Assembly (NCBI GenBank): GCA_002633005.1
Contig: NMRA01000546.1
Coordinates: 178,106-242,105 of the forward strand
DNA length: 64,000 nt
Reading direction: 5' to 3'
DNA from: Phoronis australis
Lineage: Eukaryota > Animalia > Phoronida
Below the pieces are notes generated by a model that ran no database searches, was not told the origin of the DNA, and worked only from the letters and a program-made list of their open reading frames with translations. A program made the position numbers and the translations under genes. Below, in pieces: positions 55,801 to 64,000 of the stretch; the first letter of the stretch is position 1; every line of letters begins with the position of its first letter.

Positions 55801-58800
55801 GCTCGAAATAAAGTGCGAAAAGCAATCGTAGAATCGAACGGAAGAGTAAAAATACTAGCTAGAAATTGGGTCATTCTCACTCGTGGCAATAGAGTTGTGA
55901 CGCCTGTTTTCGAACATCACTTTTAACGAGCCCAAATTGGAAAATACAAGTGGAAATACATTTATGCCGACACTCGAAATTTCCGATCGGATATTTATAA
56001 CCCAGGTTTATATCAATATAGATTTGGTAAAATTGCCAAAGAACCAATAATTTATGCTTGCATCCTCGTGTTTTTGATAAAATGAAAAATTCCCAAGAAT
56101 CCGCTTTGCAGGAATTATAATTTCAATTAATGAGTTCCATGTTGAATAGATTTTACGGGGATATTGTTTGTAGGAATTTTTTGTCACAATGCTTGAAAGG
56201 GCACTATCGTGTTATTATACCGAGTATTTACTTAAGTGCATTATCGTAATGAGGACACTTGAATATTCGATTGTTATTCTTTACTAGTAAACTTTATGAT
56301 ATGTCATTCACACGGAATTCTGCATGGCAGCTCTTAAAATTTCAAACATCTCTGTTGATCAGGTTCAATTTGAGTATGACTATATTGTGTATATAACAGG
56401 CTACCACGACAGGTTTAAATTTTGTTTAAAAACCCCATTTTTGAATAATAGAAATCACATGGTAAATAGTGATGGAGTTTAATTGTATTTCAAATGAAAA
56501 GAACAATGACAAGGCAGTTTAATGCTCGTTGAAGGCAAAAAGTTTCCATGTACATAGTCGCAATAACTTATTCAATCAATATTATTGAAAATAGGTAAGG
56601 ATCATTTTATGCAACGCCCCTAATTTAAAGACTACATGTACGTGCCTAAACGTTTTGACTCATTTAAGGACTCGGGTTTTAGTTACATTTTTAGAAAACG
56701 TTGTAAGTCAACAGAGTAGCTCGTAATGGAGATGAAATGATAGATAAACATAAATCTGAGTAAAGAACAAAAAATACGAAAAAGACTTAAGCAACACAGT
56801 TGAGCACATGTGAATCCTTTGTCAAAAGGGTTCCGTCCCCCAATTTTTCCTCGACCCTAGTGATGGCAAAGTTGATTTTTCAAATTGTTGACTTGGGCCA
56901 CCCTTCTTAAAAATCTTTGACTGGACCCCCCTTTTTAAAAAATGGTATATCTTTCCCGGTTGAGTCGATATTTGGAACTGTTTCATGTAACTGGGCACAG
57001 CCCCCCCCCCTGCTTGAATGTAGAATGTCGTAAGGTGTGGGTTTTCGAAACAAATATAAGGAAAAGTTGATTATTGGGGGTATGCGAGGCTGTTAATTTT
57101 TCAATTATATTTTAAAATAAAGTTTTTGCAATGAAAGTTTTAATAATTAATTGCTAATTAATTGATATTAACACGTAGAATATTCGGAAAGGAAGCAATT
57201 TCCGCCCCCAATCTTCTGGTTGAGGGGTGCCCCCTCTCCGTTTTTGCTTCTTCAGCAGATCTATTTTATGTTTATTACTAACCTGAACACTCTGGACAAA
57301 ATCCTACAGGTTCTATACGTGCTCACCCTCCAATCACCTATTTTCACCTGTTTACCTCTGATTACTGAGTCACACTCTTGCTTATGGCGTATTTGCCGAA
57401 ATGTTTATTACCTTTACAGCCCAAATTTTCTCTTGATATACTGTATATTTTGCTTTTTGTATTTTCGATTGCACTGTTCAAGTTTTTTTTTTGTAAATAT
57501 TTTAAGAAGACACTTCACAATTTTAAATTTGACAAGCTAAAATCGGCCGTAGTCAACGCCTCGCGCAATTTGTCGGAGCACAAACACCCGCTAGGTGTCG
57601 TCACGGTCCATGACACAATAATGGCGGCCCCGTTAGTGAATAGTCTTGTTAACGTCTTTGGGTCACAATGACTTCTTCAAATTTTTGATTTTCTTTCACG
57701 CTTCTTTAAAATGCAGACAATGAGAACAAACAATGGTGTGACATACACAAAAACTTGTTATAAAAACCTAGAATAACAAATGAATGTGAATATTTCTTCA
57801 ATTCCCTTAGATACGTTTAGTGTATTAAACCACTAGCATTTGTAAACTCTGAGTCTATTTTGTTGGCATCGGTTGTCTCATTGAGTCTATCGTTAACTCG
57901 TTGTTATCTTGGTTTATTAGAATCACGGATGAAAAAGATATACCTCTGCCATCAAAAAGGGCAAGGAAGACAAATGTAGGCAAGTTCCTTTATTAAAACC
58001 ATGTCTATGAAAAGGAGTTAAAGGTCAACTGACTATTTCCATTCGCTGTCTCAATTGAACTTCTAAGGTTGACTATACTGGAATTACAATTATGTGAGAA
58101 AAAACGAACAGTGACCCCCTTTTATAAAATTTGAAATTTAGTAACACTGTTAGTTTTTCTGATAATACTTTGCACTTTCGAGATATTTCTACATGTACTG
58201 GCCAACGGTATTTAACTCAATGGATGATATTTGGCTGCAAAATTGACAGTTGTTACGAAGTATAATATGTTTTGTGTGAGATGGCTTTGCCAAATCATCT
58301 ATTTTCTGTTTTGTGTCGTCGTGTATTTCAGAGTCCACAAAATCCCACAGGACTTTCTTTTATAGGAGTCGTTTCGATTGTTATTTAATATATTTAATGC
58401 TACAGAAATTGTTCTAAGTAAAATGTTTCTGAACTGATTAATGTTGTCATGTAGTTTTGACATGGGAAAAGCACTCAGGCGTTATAACACGGAGTAAATT
58501 TTCGTGGGCATAATTGTAATTAGGCAACTTTAACATTCATATCATTATTGTTCCTTGTGCGGAGCAGCACTGAAGAAAGTGGGGGGGGGGGCTAAAAACC
58601 CCAGTCCTCCTGTGGTGCACCGCCTAATGTGTTTGCTTGTAAATTTTATGATGTCTATTTTTGTCCTGCCGTTTATAGTAAATTTTAAAATTTAAGGCCC
58701 TCATGGCATCGTTGTCATTGACATTTTTTATAGCAAGAAATCAGTCCTAACATTTTCTACGACAACTGGTACACGTACATGTATGCATCTTGTGTAAAAT

Positions 58801-61800
58801 CACAATTTTTCGAATACTGGAAAAACTATGGTAAATAACAACGGGGATAAATTACATTACATTAAGGCGAACGAAGACAAGCCGATTTACTTCTCGTTGA
58901 AAGCAACGTGTTACCCCGTATATACATTACGGTAAATTTTCAAATGATTGTTCCTTTGAAATGACCCTGGTATAAGAAAAACAAACAATCTGGTTATCTT
59001 GAAATCACAATTTGTGCGAGAAAATCAAGAAATTAAAAAAGAGTGAATATCTGTCAGTTTACTGTAGTTGCCTGCTGTGTCTTTCAGCCATAGGTAACAG
59101 TTCATTACAAACCCGCCCTCTTTTGTCAGCATTCATTGTCATCTGCTTTAAGGTAACATTTCAAGAATTAGAATTACATTGGTTGCAAACAACTTGTAGA
59201 ACATTCCTAATATGTTCGTTGTGGTTTGGTGCATACTTGTACCATGTGTGTCTGCTGTTTCGTATACTTCGTAAGTTCAACACTTATCACACTGTCTTGA
59301 TGTTTTGTGGTGGAAATGTTTAGGCGTACATGTACATATTACTAGTGTCAATCTAATGTTCAGGGTATATAGGGGAGCCTCAGTTAATGGAAATACGAGT
59401 CTTAGCTCGAAGGTAGAAAGCTCAACGTAATTATCTTGGCAGTAATCAGATGGATTTAACAGTGACGCGTCGAGGCGTTGCTATAGCTTCTGGGGTCACT
59501 ACTGTCGCATTACACCGCTTGGTGGTAGTCAACAAAGTCTTCTGAAACTTATTCCAATGGAGACTTGTCCATCTTTTACGGTAACCAAATGTTCGTCCGG
59601 CTATTTGAGAAAAACGAACAAAATCATCAGTTTGTTCACAAAGCCGCGGTTTGCATACAATTACCTTGAAAGATATTGTGTTCAAACAGCCAAACTACTC
59701 CACAATTACACTAATCAGGTGTAAAGAAGATGTCGACTATCAAAGTATTTTAAAAACCCGCATTTCCTTAATTTTCCACTAAGTTTCCAGCTTGCAAGCA
59801 GTGAATGTTTAGGAAAAGTGAAGGCAGAGCAAAACCTGGGTTTAAGTGTTAAAAGCTAATATTCATATACCCAGAGCAGGCAAGTGCTAGTCGTAGCCAC
59901 TTCACGCACTGTCCATCCAACCATGCATGCGCAAATTATTATTGAAGTTGACGCAGGCAGGAATTAAACCGTGACTCAAAAATATTGAAGACCACCAGAA
60001 CCACCTAATACTCAAACTTTATTTCAAATCAAAAGACAGTGCCACTCCTGATGTTGAGACTTATATCAGCCTAAAATTTAAATTAGATAAGGAAACAGCG
60101 ACATACTAAATAAAGGAAGGTTCCAGTTGTGATTTTAATGACGATACTGTAAAATAATTATAATCCATACAGACCCACATTGTTTCTAATAAATCTGATG
60201 TTCTCTGGCTTGTCTGAATTCAATTGCATAGAATCACTTTTTCCACAAATGGAAAACTCTCAAACAGACGTGGTCCACGCACCATTAGTTTAAAAACTTC
60301 CTTTTCAATGACCAAATATGTTTAACACAATGAATGAACTTTGGCTGCCAAATAGATTGCCTGTATGAAGCTTATTGCGTTTTGTGAGAAAAGGTCTTGC
60401 CAAATTACCCATACATTATTTTTCAGTTCTAGTGAATTTAAAAATCTCAAAAATTCCCCAGGAGCCTGTTTCCCAGGAATTACTTCAACTTCTCTGTTAT
60501 AACATGACTAGTATTTTCTTGCAAAAATTGTTCTTGGTAAAAAATTGTCTATGTTGAGGGATTATGCATGCAGTTTTTTGATGAGGACAGCATTGACGAA
60601 ATATTTCATTGAGGCTATAATTATAATGCTTATGAATTTTCAACTGTTACGGTTAAAAAAGTAATATTTTATATGTTTCTAAGACCACGTGTAGGCATCA
60701 AAGATAACGTCTTACAGGGTGTACGTGATTTTGGCAGCTATGACAATTGTGTTCGTTCTTGTGACTGCAAATGGAGGCCCTGAGTCATTTTTGTGCAGGC
60801 ACGCCCCTAAATGTAGCCGTGAGTTTGCTCAACGGTAAGTCTGACACGTGAGTTAAAGCTTGTATAAGTAAACTTTTAGTGAGACCTAACATCATAACGA
60901 ACATTAACCAATAAAACTAGTAGAAATACAACGATAAGCGTCGGTACTAAAATATATTAAAATATTCAACACCCTTCGAGCGATGCGCTCTCTGACAAGG
61001 GTATGACACAGACTACCGGAAATGTGTACACCTGTAGATGGATGTAAATAAAATCGCACAGACGACCAAATGATGGTATACAATTGACAGCATTAACAAT
61101 TCCGGTCATAGTTTTACTATTTCAGTAATTTATGTTTTTATCCGTCGATAACTGCACAGCATTCCAGCATCTATTTGATTTAATTATTATTATCAATCAG
61201 CAAGCGGTGACCATGACCCAGGGGAGCACGATCAAATGCCCATTTTTTCATTGAGGTTACGACGGTTTTGTATCAAACAGACGTACACAATAATTTCAAG
61301 CAAAATTGCCACCTAATATGAAACTCGGACGGATATGTATGGTGAAGATTTATATCTGGAATCCTTTTGATTTTGTGTCAGAAATGTGAATTTTTAAGTT
61401 TTGTATTTTGGAATTTGTGTGATCTTATTATTACTGGACACCTTTTTTCCAGTAAAGCTTGATTTTACATGCGAAACGTGTTCCGTCCATTTCCTTGCTT
61501 AAAACAAATAATTTTACTCCATGTCTGACTTAATTGTTTGTGTTTAATAGTTTTACCCTGTTCCTAAATCTCTCACAACCTAGAACTGCGCAATGTAAAT
61601 TCCTAAATATCTTTAACTGCGACAAATTGGCTACGCGACGTAAACTCCGGCACCCTTAAGTATACCTTTAAAATCTGGACAACTTTTCACATACGGTCTT
61701 TTTGACTCTCTGTTAGGTATATTAGGTATTCCCTATAGGGGGCATCGTTATGTGTGATGGGAGAGTACTAGTTGGTCGGCGAGGGTGTTGAGACAATTCA

Positions 61801-63941
61801 GTTCACGTCTGCTTATTAAGCAAGAAGGGCACGCAACAGTTCACTCCTCAGACAACGCTTGAACAATCGGTTGAGATAATAATTGAAATTCCTAAGCCCA
61901 TATTGGAAGCATATAGACAATGGTGAAGCTAAACATTACAATGTAGAAACACGGTGTCATAATTACATGTACAGCTTCTAACGCCAAGACTAAAGTACCT
62001 CTCCGCTAACTTGTCTATTACACCTCTCGTAGCCGAAGGACCGACAAAACTGAAATTTGCAATCTTGGACTGAACTACTTCCCATTCACCTACCTGAAAG
62101 ACAGGGACGAGACAGCCTAAATAGTTTGATAACCATAACATGAGTTGTTTTATTGACCATGTGTATTTTCCAACGGTTTATATTACAGTAACATATATGT
62201 TCAGGCTCGACTGTTGAGAAACATAATCCACTTATTTTACAGGTCATGCCTATTTTACTTTAGATTACCTACATGTTCATGTAAGCAGATTTATATGAAA
62301 CCAAAAGCCTCAAAATAACTCAAATTTGCGCAGCACTGGAAAAAATACCAAATGTGGAAAACATGTTGGTTAGCAACAAGATGCCACGTGATAATGATGT
62401 GTGCTTACTTGGCTCTGAAGACGTGTCATACGAGAAATATTTCCATAAAATGTCACCTGTAGAGCAGGCGTTACTTCTACTTCGGATATTGACGAGGACA
62501 GGACTTGGCTCCTATAACTGCAGAAAGAGATGGTTCATTTGAGAGATAAATTCATTGAGTATTATAGTAGCGTGTGGCAGCCTTTTGGCCTGGAAATATG
62601 TTTCAATAGCTCACTCATTCTTAGTGCACGGCAAAAGATGCCACCAACCATTGGCACTGGTGACAACGTTAACTCCATGAACTCGAAATTACGGGTGAAA
62701 AACAATCGTAAAACCAAGCAGAAAAGTTGAATACCAGCTAGAAATTGGGTCACTCTCACCTGCCGCAATGGTGTTGCGACGCCTTTTTTCGAATATCACT
62801 TTTTACTACCCCAAATACGAAAAGACGAGTGAAAATACATCTTCTGTATGCGGTGCAGTGTAGGTGAGGTGGAACTGTAGATAATACACGCCCCTAGTCT
62901 TCACCAATTTCACTCACATCAAGGATGAAATAAAAAGAGATGGTCACACTTGTCACCAAGTATAGTGCATAATGAAACAGGTCACGTGACCATGATCTTC
63001 ATGATACACATAAGCAAGATGATCCTGTATCAAGCAAACTACATAATCACATACACAGACTTGTCACTAAGTTCAACATGACCGTAAGAGAGTGGCTATA
63101 CATATTGCAAGTGATAATTTCCTGTTTTGTGGGATTACATTATGTCATGAACTTTATATAGAGTAACAGCACTCGTGCGTTACTACGCATTTTTTTCTTA
63201 CAGACATAATTATAATGAGACCACTTCAACATTCACGTTTTTGATATTTAATTTACTTTTACGGTCTCCCCTTTTATGTTGCCCTCTACAGTAAATTCTG
63301 TATTACAGAGCCCCATGTCAGTGCTGTCATTGAAAGACAGAGGACAAAAACTCGGAACGCTGGCATGTATGCATCTTGTATTAACATGGTATTTTTTCAA
63401 ACACTGAAAATCAGATGGTGAATATTCATGAAGTTGAATTGAATTTCAGATAAAAATAACCATGGCAAGACTAATTACAGAACAACTGTTGCCATGGATA
63501 CAGTATCATACCGTACCTCTTTAATTTATTGTTTTGTTGCTCTTTCATGCTGCTTCAAAGTGGGTCACATTAAAAAATCGTGTGATGTAGAAATGAAAAG
63601 CTGTGTGAAAAAAACATGGACGATCCATATTCAATGCGCGTTGAATATGGAGAAGTAGTTCTTCTATATCAAACCTCACAATAATAACAGTAATAACAGT
63701 AATTCATGACCAAACCATAACGCGTATATTTCTCAGTTTTCTTTAGTTAGGCGTTTTCATCCAGAGGAAAATAATTCGTGCCAAACCAAATCTTATTTTG
63801 TTGTCATTCTTTGTCACCTTTTCATTGCTTTTCCATTTATAAATACTGCTGTTATCTTTATTTGCTTGTTCCCATTAGGACTACAGAGGGAAGCAGAAGG
63901 CTCATTACAGTTCCCATTAGGAAAAGTGGCGGAGAAAGAAG
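7705..63941 (+). CDS. Spliced gene (partial): ankyrin repeats - linker - ZU5/UPA-like - linker - death effector domain; putative innate-immune or cell-death adaptor/receptor
   Basis: About 21 AG/GT-bounded exons with a consistent phase chain: all phase 0 from 7705 to 29190; 29992-30046 (0>1); 40105-40934 (1>0); 44578-44638 (0>1); 47387-47502 (1>0); 47986-48046 (0>1); 50881-50992 (1>2); 53537-53709 (2>1); 63879-63941 (1>1). No in-frame stops in this chain. Joining all exons into one transcript is an inference. Confidence 0.7.
8349..8447 (+). CDS. Ankyrin-repeat exon 2 (DGVTPLHRAAEEGHTDIVKLLLANKASVDVRDK)
   Basis: ttacatag acceptor, AAG|GTAAGT donor, 99 nt = one 33-aa ANK repeat. Confidence 0.95.
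8808..8909 (+). CDS. Ankyrin-repeat exon 3 (GGETPLYMAARCGHTDIVKLLLANKASVDIRDEW)
   Basis: Tandem copy of exon 2 with flanking intron (459-bp offset); TGG|GTAAGT donor; 102 nt. Confidence 0.93.
9453..9554 (+). CDS. Ankyrin-repeat exon 4 (FGNTPLHAASAGGHTEIVKLLCMESGCDVNTVNE)
   Basis: cttactgtag acceptor, GAG|GTATTG donor, 102 nt, GxTPLH motif. Confidence 0.93.
12405..12478. repeat. 38-bp direct duplication (tagcctatacagtacacattaattgacatttggc x2)
   Basis: Read directly. Confidence 0.9.
13695..14130. repeat. Degenerate ~75-80-bp tandem array (tttcccaatg...ttgcgttgtcgacgcaca..cgttcccga)
   Basis: About 6 diverged units visible; explains the spurious ORFs here. Confidence 0.6.
15540..15705. repeat. 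~65-bp tandem repeat, ~2.5 copies
   Basis: gggatg(a/g)tcaactcgagttgaaggcaatg repeated. Confidence 0.8.
17837..17938 (+). CDS. Ankyrin-repeat exon 5 (RGNTPLHKASAGGHTDVVELLCMESGCDVNVVNK), paralog of exon 4
   Basis: cttaccgtag acceptor, AAG|GTATTG donor; lies within a ~1-kb block duplicated from 9270-10270. Confidence 0.92.
18916..19902. mobile_element. hAT-like non-autonomous element with GC-rich imperfect TIRs
   Basis: CATAGGCGGATTTAGGGGGCCC at left and GGGCCCCCC...GATCCGCCACTG at right; no clean TSD found. Confidence 0.55.
19603..19665 (+). repeat. tRNA-derived SINE-like head / pseudo-tRNA
   Basis: A-box-like GTGGTGTAGTGGTAAA and B-box GAGTTCGAGTC at tRNA spacing; acceptor stem does not pair. 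Confidence 0.55.
20474..20595. repeat. 41-bp minisatellite, 3 copies
   Basis: catgagatcttcagacaatgtttcctattggttaacaaatc x3. Confidence 0.95.
21509..21592 (+). CDS. Terminal/capping ankyrin-like exon A (DNKTAFDVCGERCSNDNDDVERTKTILK)
   Basis: gtttacag acceptor, AAG|GTACC donor, 84 nt; the xTAFD motif is typical of the last half-repeat of ANK arrays. Confidence 0.8.
21738..23123 (-). mobile_element. gag: BEL/Pao LTR retrotransposon gag ORF (DUF1759-type)
   Basis: 461-aa ORF with a coiled-coil N-terminus, LLTFDGNPTEYWYFIRNFE...KLMYLLQQCKG, KRLPFHMQAKW, and three Cys/His knuckles (CSLCQTTDHELLTC, CFVCLKQGHISKYC, CSVNGC, the last broken); bounded by N joins. Confidence 0.93.
23164..23312 (-). mobile_element. 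Possible part of the 5' LTR of the BEL/Pao element
   Basis: Ends ...gtatcttaca (TGTAAGATAC on the minus strand) upstream of gag, after an N join. Confidence 0.35.
24671..25190. repeat. 140-bp tandem repeat, ~3.7 copies
   Basis: Unit starts at 24671, 24811, 24951 and 25091 (aaacgc/aaacac..tggaactggaacgacaaaggcag). Confidence 0.97.
24671..25297 (+). CDS. Four tandem linker exons: 24671-24772, 24811-24912, 24951-25052 (102 nt each) and 25091-25297
   Basis: Each begins after a (t/c)tccag or cccag acceptor with K(R/H)(M/L)ELERQRQ. The first three end AAA|GTGAGT and the last ends GAA|GTAAGT. All are phase 0. Confidence 0.65.
27732..27809 (+). CDS. Terminal/capping ankyrin-like exon B (ENETAFDVCEGHSGIGYVKRIRNILE), paralog of 21509-21592
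   Basis: gtttacag acceptor, GAG|GTACC donor, 78 nt; upstream intron is homologous to 21360-21508. Confidence 0.78.
28260..28472 (+). CDS. Linker exon (KDMEVEQQRQGCGVEGIPP...ETDDAIE), paralog of 25091-25297
   Basis: cacttccag acceptor, GAA|GTAAGT donor, 213 nt open in phase 0. Confidence 0.78.
29125..29190 (+). CDS. Small linker exon (AAESFLLRRLTPLSHLSDRILK)
   Basis: taactcgtag acceptor, AAG|GTACCA donor, 66 nt, open in phase 0. Confidence 0.55.
29425..29490 (+). pseudogene. Duplicated copy of exon 29125-29190 that has lost its donor site (pseudo-exon)
   Basis: 300-bp offset duplication; acceptor gtag|gcggctgaa retained but ttaaag|gtacc has become ttaatgatgcc. Confidence 0.55.
29992..30046 (+). 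CDS. Linker exon (EESTSGTPTAFLLTSHAT), phase 0>1
   Basis: ttttgtttcgtttcag acceptor, CAG|GTAAGA donor; supplies the phase-1 end needed by the ZU5 exon. Confidence 0.75.
33772..34958 (-). mobile_element. Helentron-associated (HINE/DINE-like) non-autonomous element, copy 1
   Basis: Minus-strand 3' end: palindrome tattgtca..tgacaata then CTAGTT. Other end: stem-loop ctctgc..gcagag next to an (AAG/AAT)n microsatellite. Internal tgacctttgacct repeats. Confidence 0.7.
35413..35773 (-). repeat. Partial near-identical third copy of the HINE-like element
   Basis: Matches ~34417-34783 almost base for base; starts right after N at 35412. Confidence 0.85.
35777..36448 (-). mobile_element. LTR retrotransposon 3' end: ~300-bp LTR (35777-36076), polypurine tract and short internal part
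   Basis: TGTAATAG...TTTACTACA termini followed immediately by ttcctcccttccct (PPT on the minus strand); interrupts the HINE copy; truncated at N 36449. Confidence 0.7.
40105..40934 (+). CDS. ZU5-like domain followed by UPA-like beta-rich region
   Basis: Longest non-TE ORF (302 codons). tttttatccttatag acceptor, CAT|GTAAGT donor. IINGTTGGVIRWKEVEFRVPSNAV resembles the ZU5 start (GGxL..VxLxIPxGA). FSEPVEVRV resembles FxxPVxLxIPH, and CKTFSIF sits where ZU5 proteins have HFSxF. Confidence 0.75.
42155..42473. repeat. 159-bp tandem duplication, 2 copies
   Basis: aatgtaacaa..ctagataaaccataagcagtttg...caataggaagcttt twice. Confidence 0.95.
42539..43170 (+). pseudogene. Possible decayed or alternative exon pair 42539-42610 and 43071-43170 (...KHVIARLY/RVEDRELGDVVVMKVYQLSKENKAVLLRSRKVQ)
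   Basis: Both have strong acceptors and donors (tttcacag/GTAAGG; tttttcatacag/GTGAGT) and join in phase 2, but the first has stops in all frames. Confidence 0.35.
44578..44638 (+). CDS. S/T/P-rich linker exon (IQKDTTTESPSTPACLPSKL), phase 0>1
   Basis: tatttccag acceptor, C|GTAAGT donor, 61 nt; paralog at 47986. Confidence 0.75.
45072..46332 (-). mobile_element. Helentron-associated (HINE/DINE-like) element, copy 2
   Basis: Collinear with 33772-34958; perfect ttattgtcac-ggc-gtgacaataa hairpin; (AAGAAGAAT)n near the other end. Confidence 0.72.
47387..47502 (+). CDS. Linker exon (VHQQANRIEQPLLKQDDREEFRVGVAMSQIGQVQFARS), phase 1>0
   Basis: ctctttttcag acceptor, AGC|GTTAGT donor, 116 nt; bridges the phases of both neighbours. 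Confidence 0.7.
47986..48046 (+). CDS. Linker exon (NQKDTTAESPSTCAYPSEEQ), paralog of 44578-44638
   Basis: tatttccag acceptor, A|GTAAGT donor, same 61-nt length. Confidence 0.75.
48525..49664. mobile_element. Possible decayed hAT-like MITE
   Basis: CAGTGGCGGATC...AAGGGGG left end; degenerate gggggg..cccc..gtatccacctctag right end. Confidence 0.35.
50881..50992 (+). CDS. Death effector domain, N-terminal exon (IRRGPRELHQQLLLKVADSVIDPDFKRLKGLCKAWI)
   Basis: ttattctcag acceptor, GA|GTAAGA donor; LLxxV.D.+...D+..LKxLC pattern of DED helices 1-2. Confidence 0.82.
52901..53110. repeat. 33-bp minisatellite, ~6 copies, in the intron splitting the DED
   Basis: gttgaccacgtgacacattatgtatttgagaat repeated. 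Confidence 0.97.
53537..53709 (+). CDS. Death effector domain, C-terminal exon (EPAILQNITNTQELLEQLQRQEIINVGDYSELTRMLHQLHLEELAELVEKL)
   Basis: gattttcag acceptor, G|GTATGA donor; phase 2 matches the previous exon; L..I....ELL..L....I...D+..L..LL pattern of DED helices 3-6. Confidence 0.85.
57921..57979 (+). CDS. Possible small exon (ITDEKDIPLPSKRARKTNV) with a basic NLS-like patch
   Basis: ggtttattag acceptor and a possible AG|GCAAGT (GC) donor; phase does not fit directly after the DED exon. Confidence 0.3.
61711..62140. mobile_element. Possible solo LTR
   Basis: TGTTAGGT...ACCATAACA termini; starts exactly where homology to 32630-33052 stops; no TSD seen. Confidence 0.3.
63879..63941 (+). 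CDS. Exon (LQREAEGSLQFPLGKVAEKE), phase 1>1; gene continues beyond the window
   Basis: Long pyrimidine tract + cattag acceptor, AAG|GTAAAG donor, 63 nt. Confidence 0.65.
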
Positions 63942-64000
63942 GTAAAGAACATGACGCTATTTCTACTCGCTGTCTAACTTGCACTTATCAATTCTGGTAA

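Larger units (their letters stand above)
36700..60560. repeat. Three diverged direct copies of a ~1-kb intronic block (36700-37750, 53780-54860, 59200-60560)
   Basis: Shared ttacaccac(t)tgg.tggcgct, gagcaaaa..tgagttaaagtgtga, atactcagaacaag, aactttatttcaaatcaaa, atagaatcac. Confidence 0.85.

Noticed and set aside
62845-63190. Possible solo LTR (TG...CGCA)
   Set aside because: Termini are ambiguous and there is no target-site duplication

Overview
AT-rich animal (most likely invertebrate) genomic DNA, not prokaryotic. Most of the six-frame ORFs are spurious. The window is spanned by one large, intron-rich + strand gene that I assembled by hand from GT-AG boundaries and splice phases. Its architecture is ankyrin repeats (one repeat per phase-0 exon, 7705-17938), capping and linker exons that occur in duplicated sets (21509-30046), a ZU5/UPA-like exon (40105-40934), linker exons, a two-exon death effector domain (50881-53709) and a further exon at 63879. 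Neither start nor stop codon was identified, so the gene probably extends beyond both ends. Sister ankyrin exons differ almost only at target-binding surface codons. A 140-bp tandem duplication appears to have created three 38-nt GT-AG introns. The non-coding space contains an internally deleted Kolobok transposon (TTAA TSD, ~160-bp TIRs, THAP-transposase and KolX remnants), a BEL/Pao gag, an LTR with a polypurine tract, Helentron/HINE-like elements, hAT-like MITEs, minisatellites and many locally duplicated blocks. Six single-N positions (5221, 6515, 21687, 23163, 35412, 36449) mark assembly joins. All domain calls come from motif recognition only; no searches were run.
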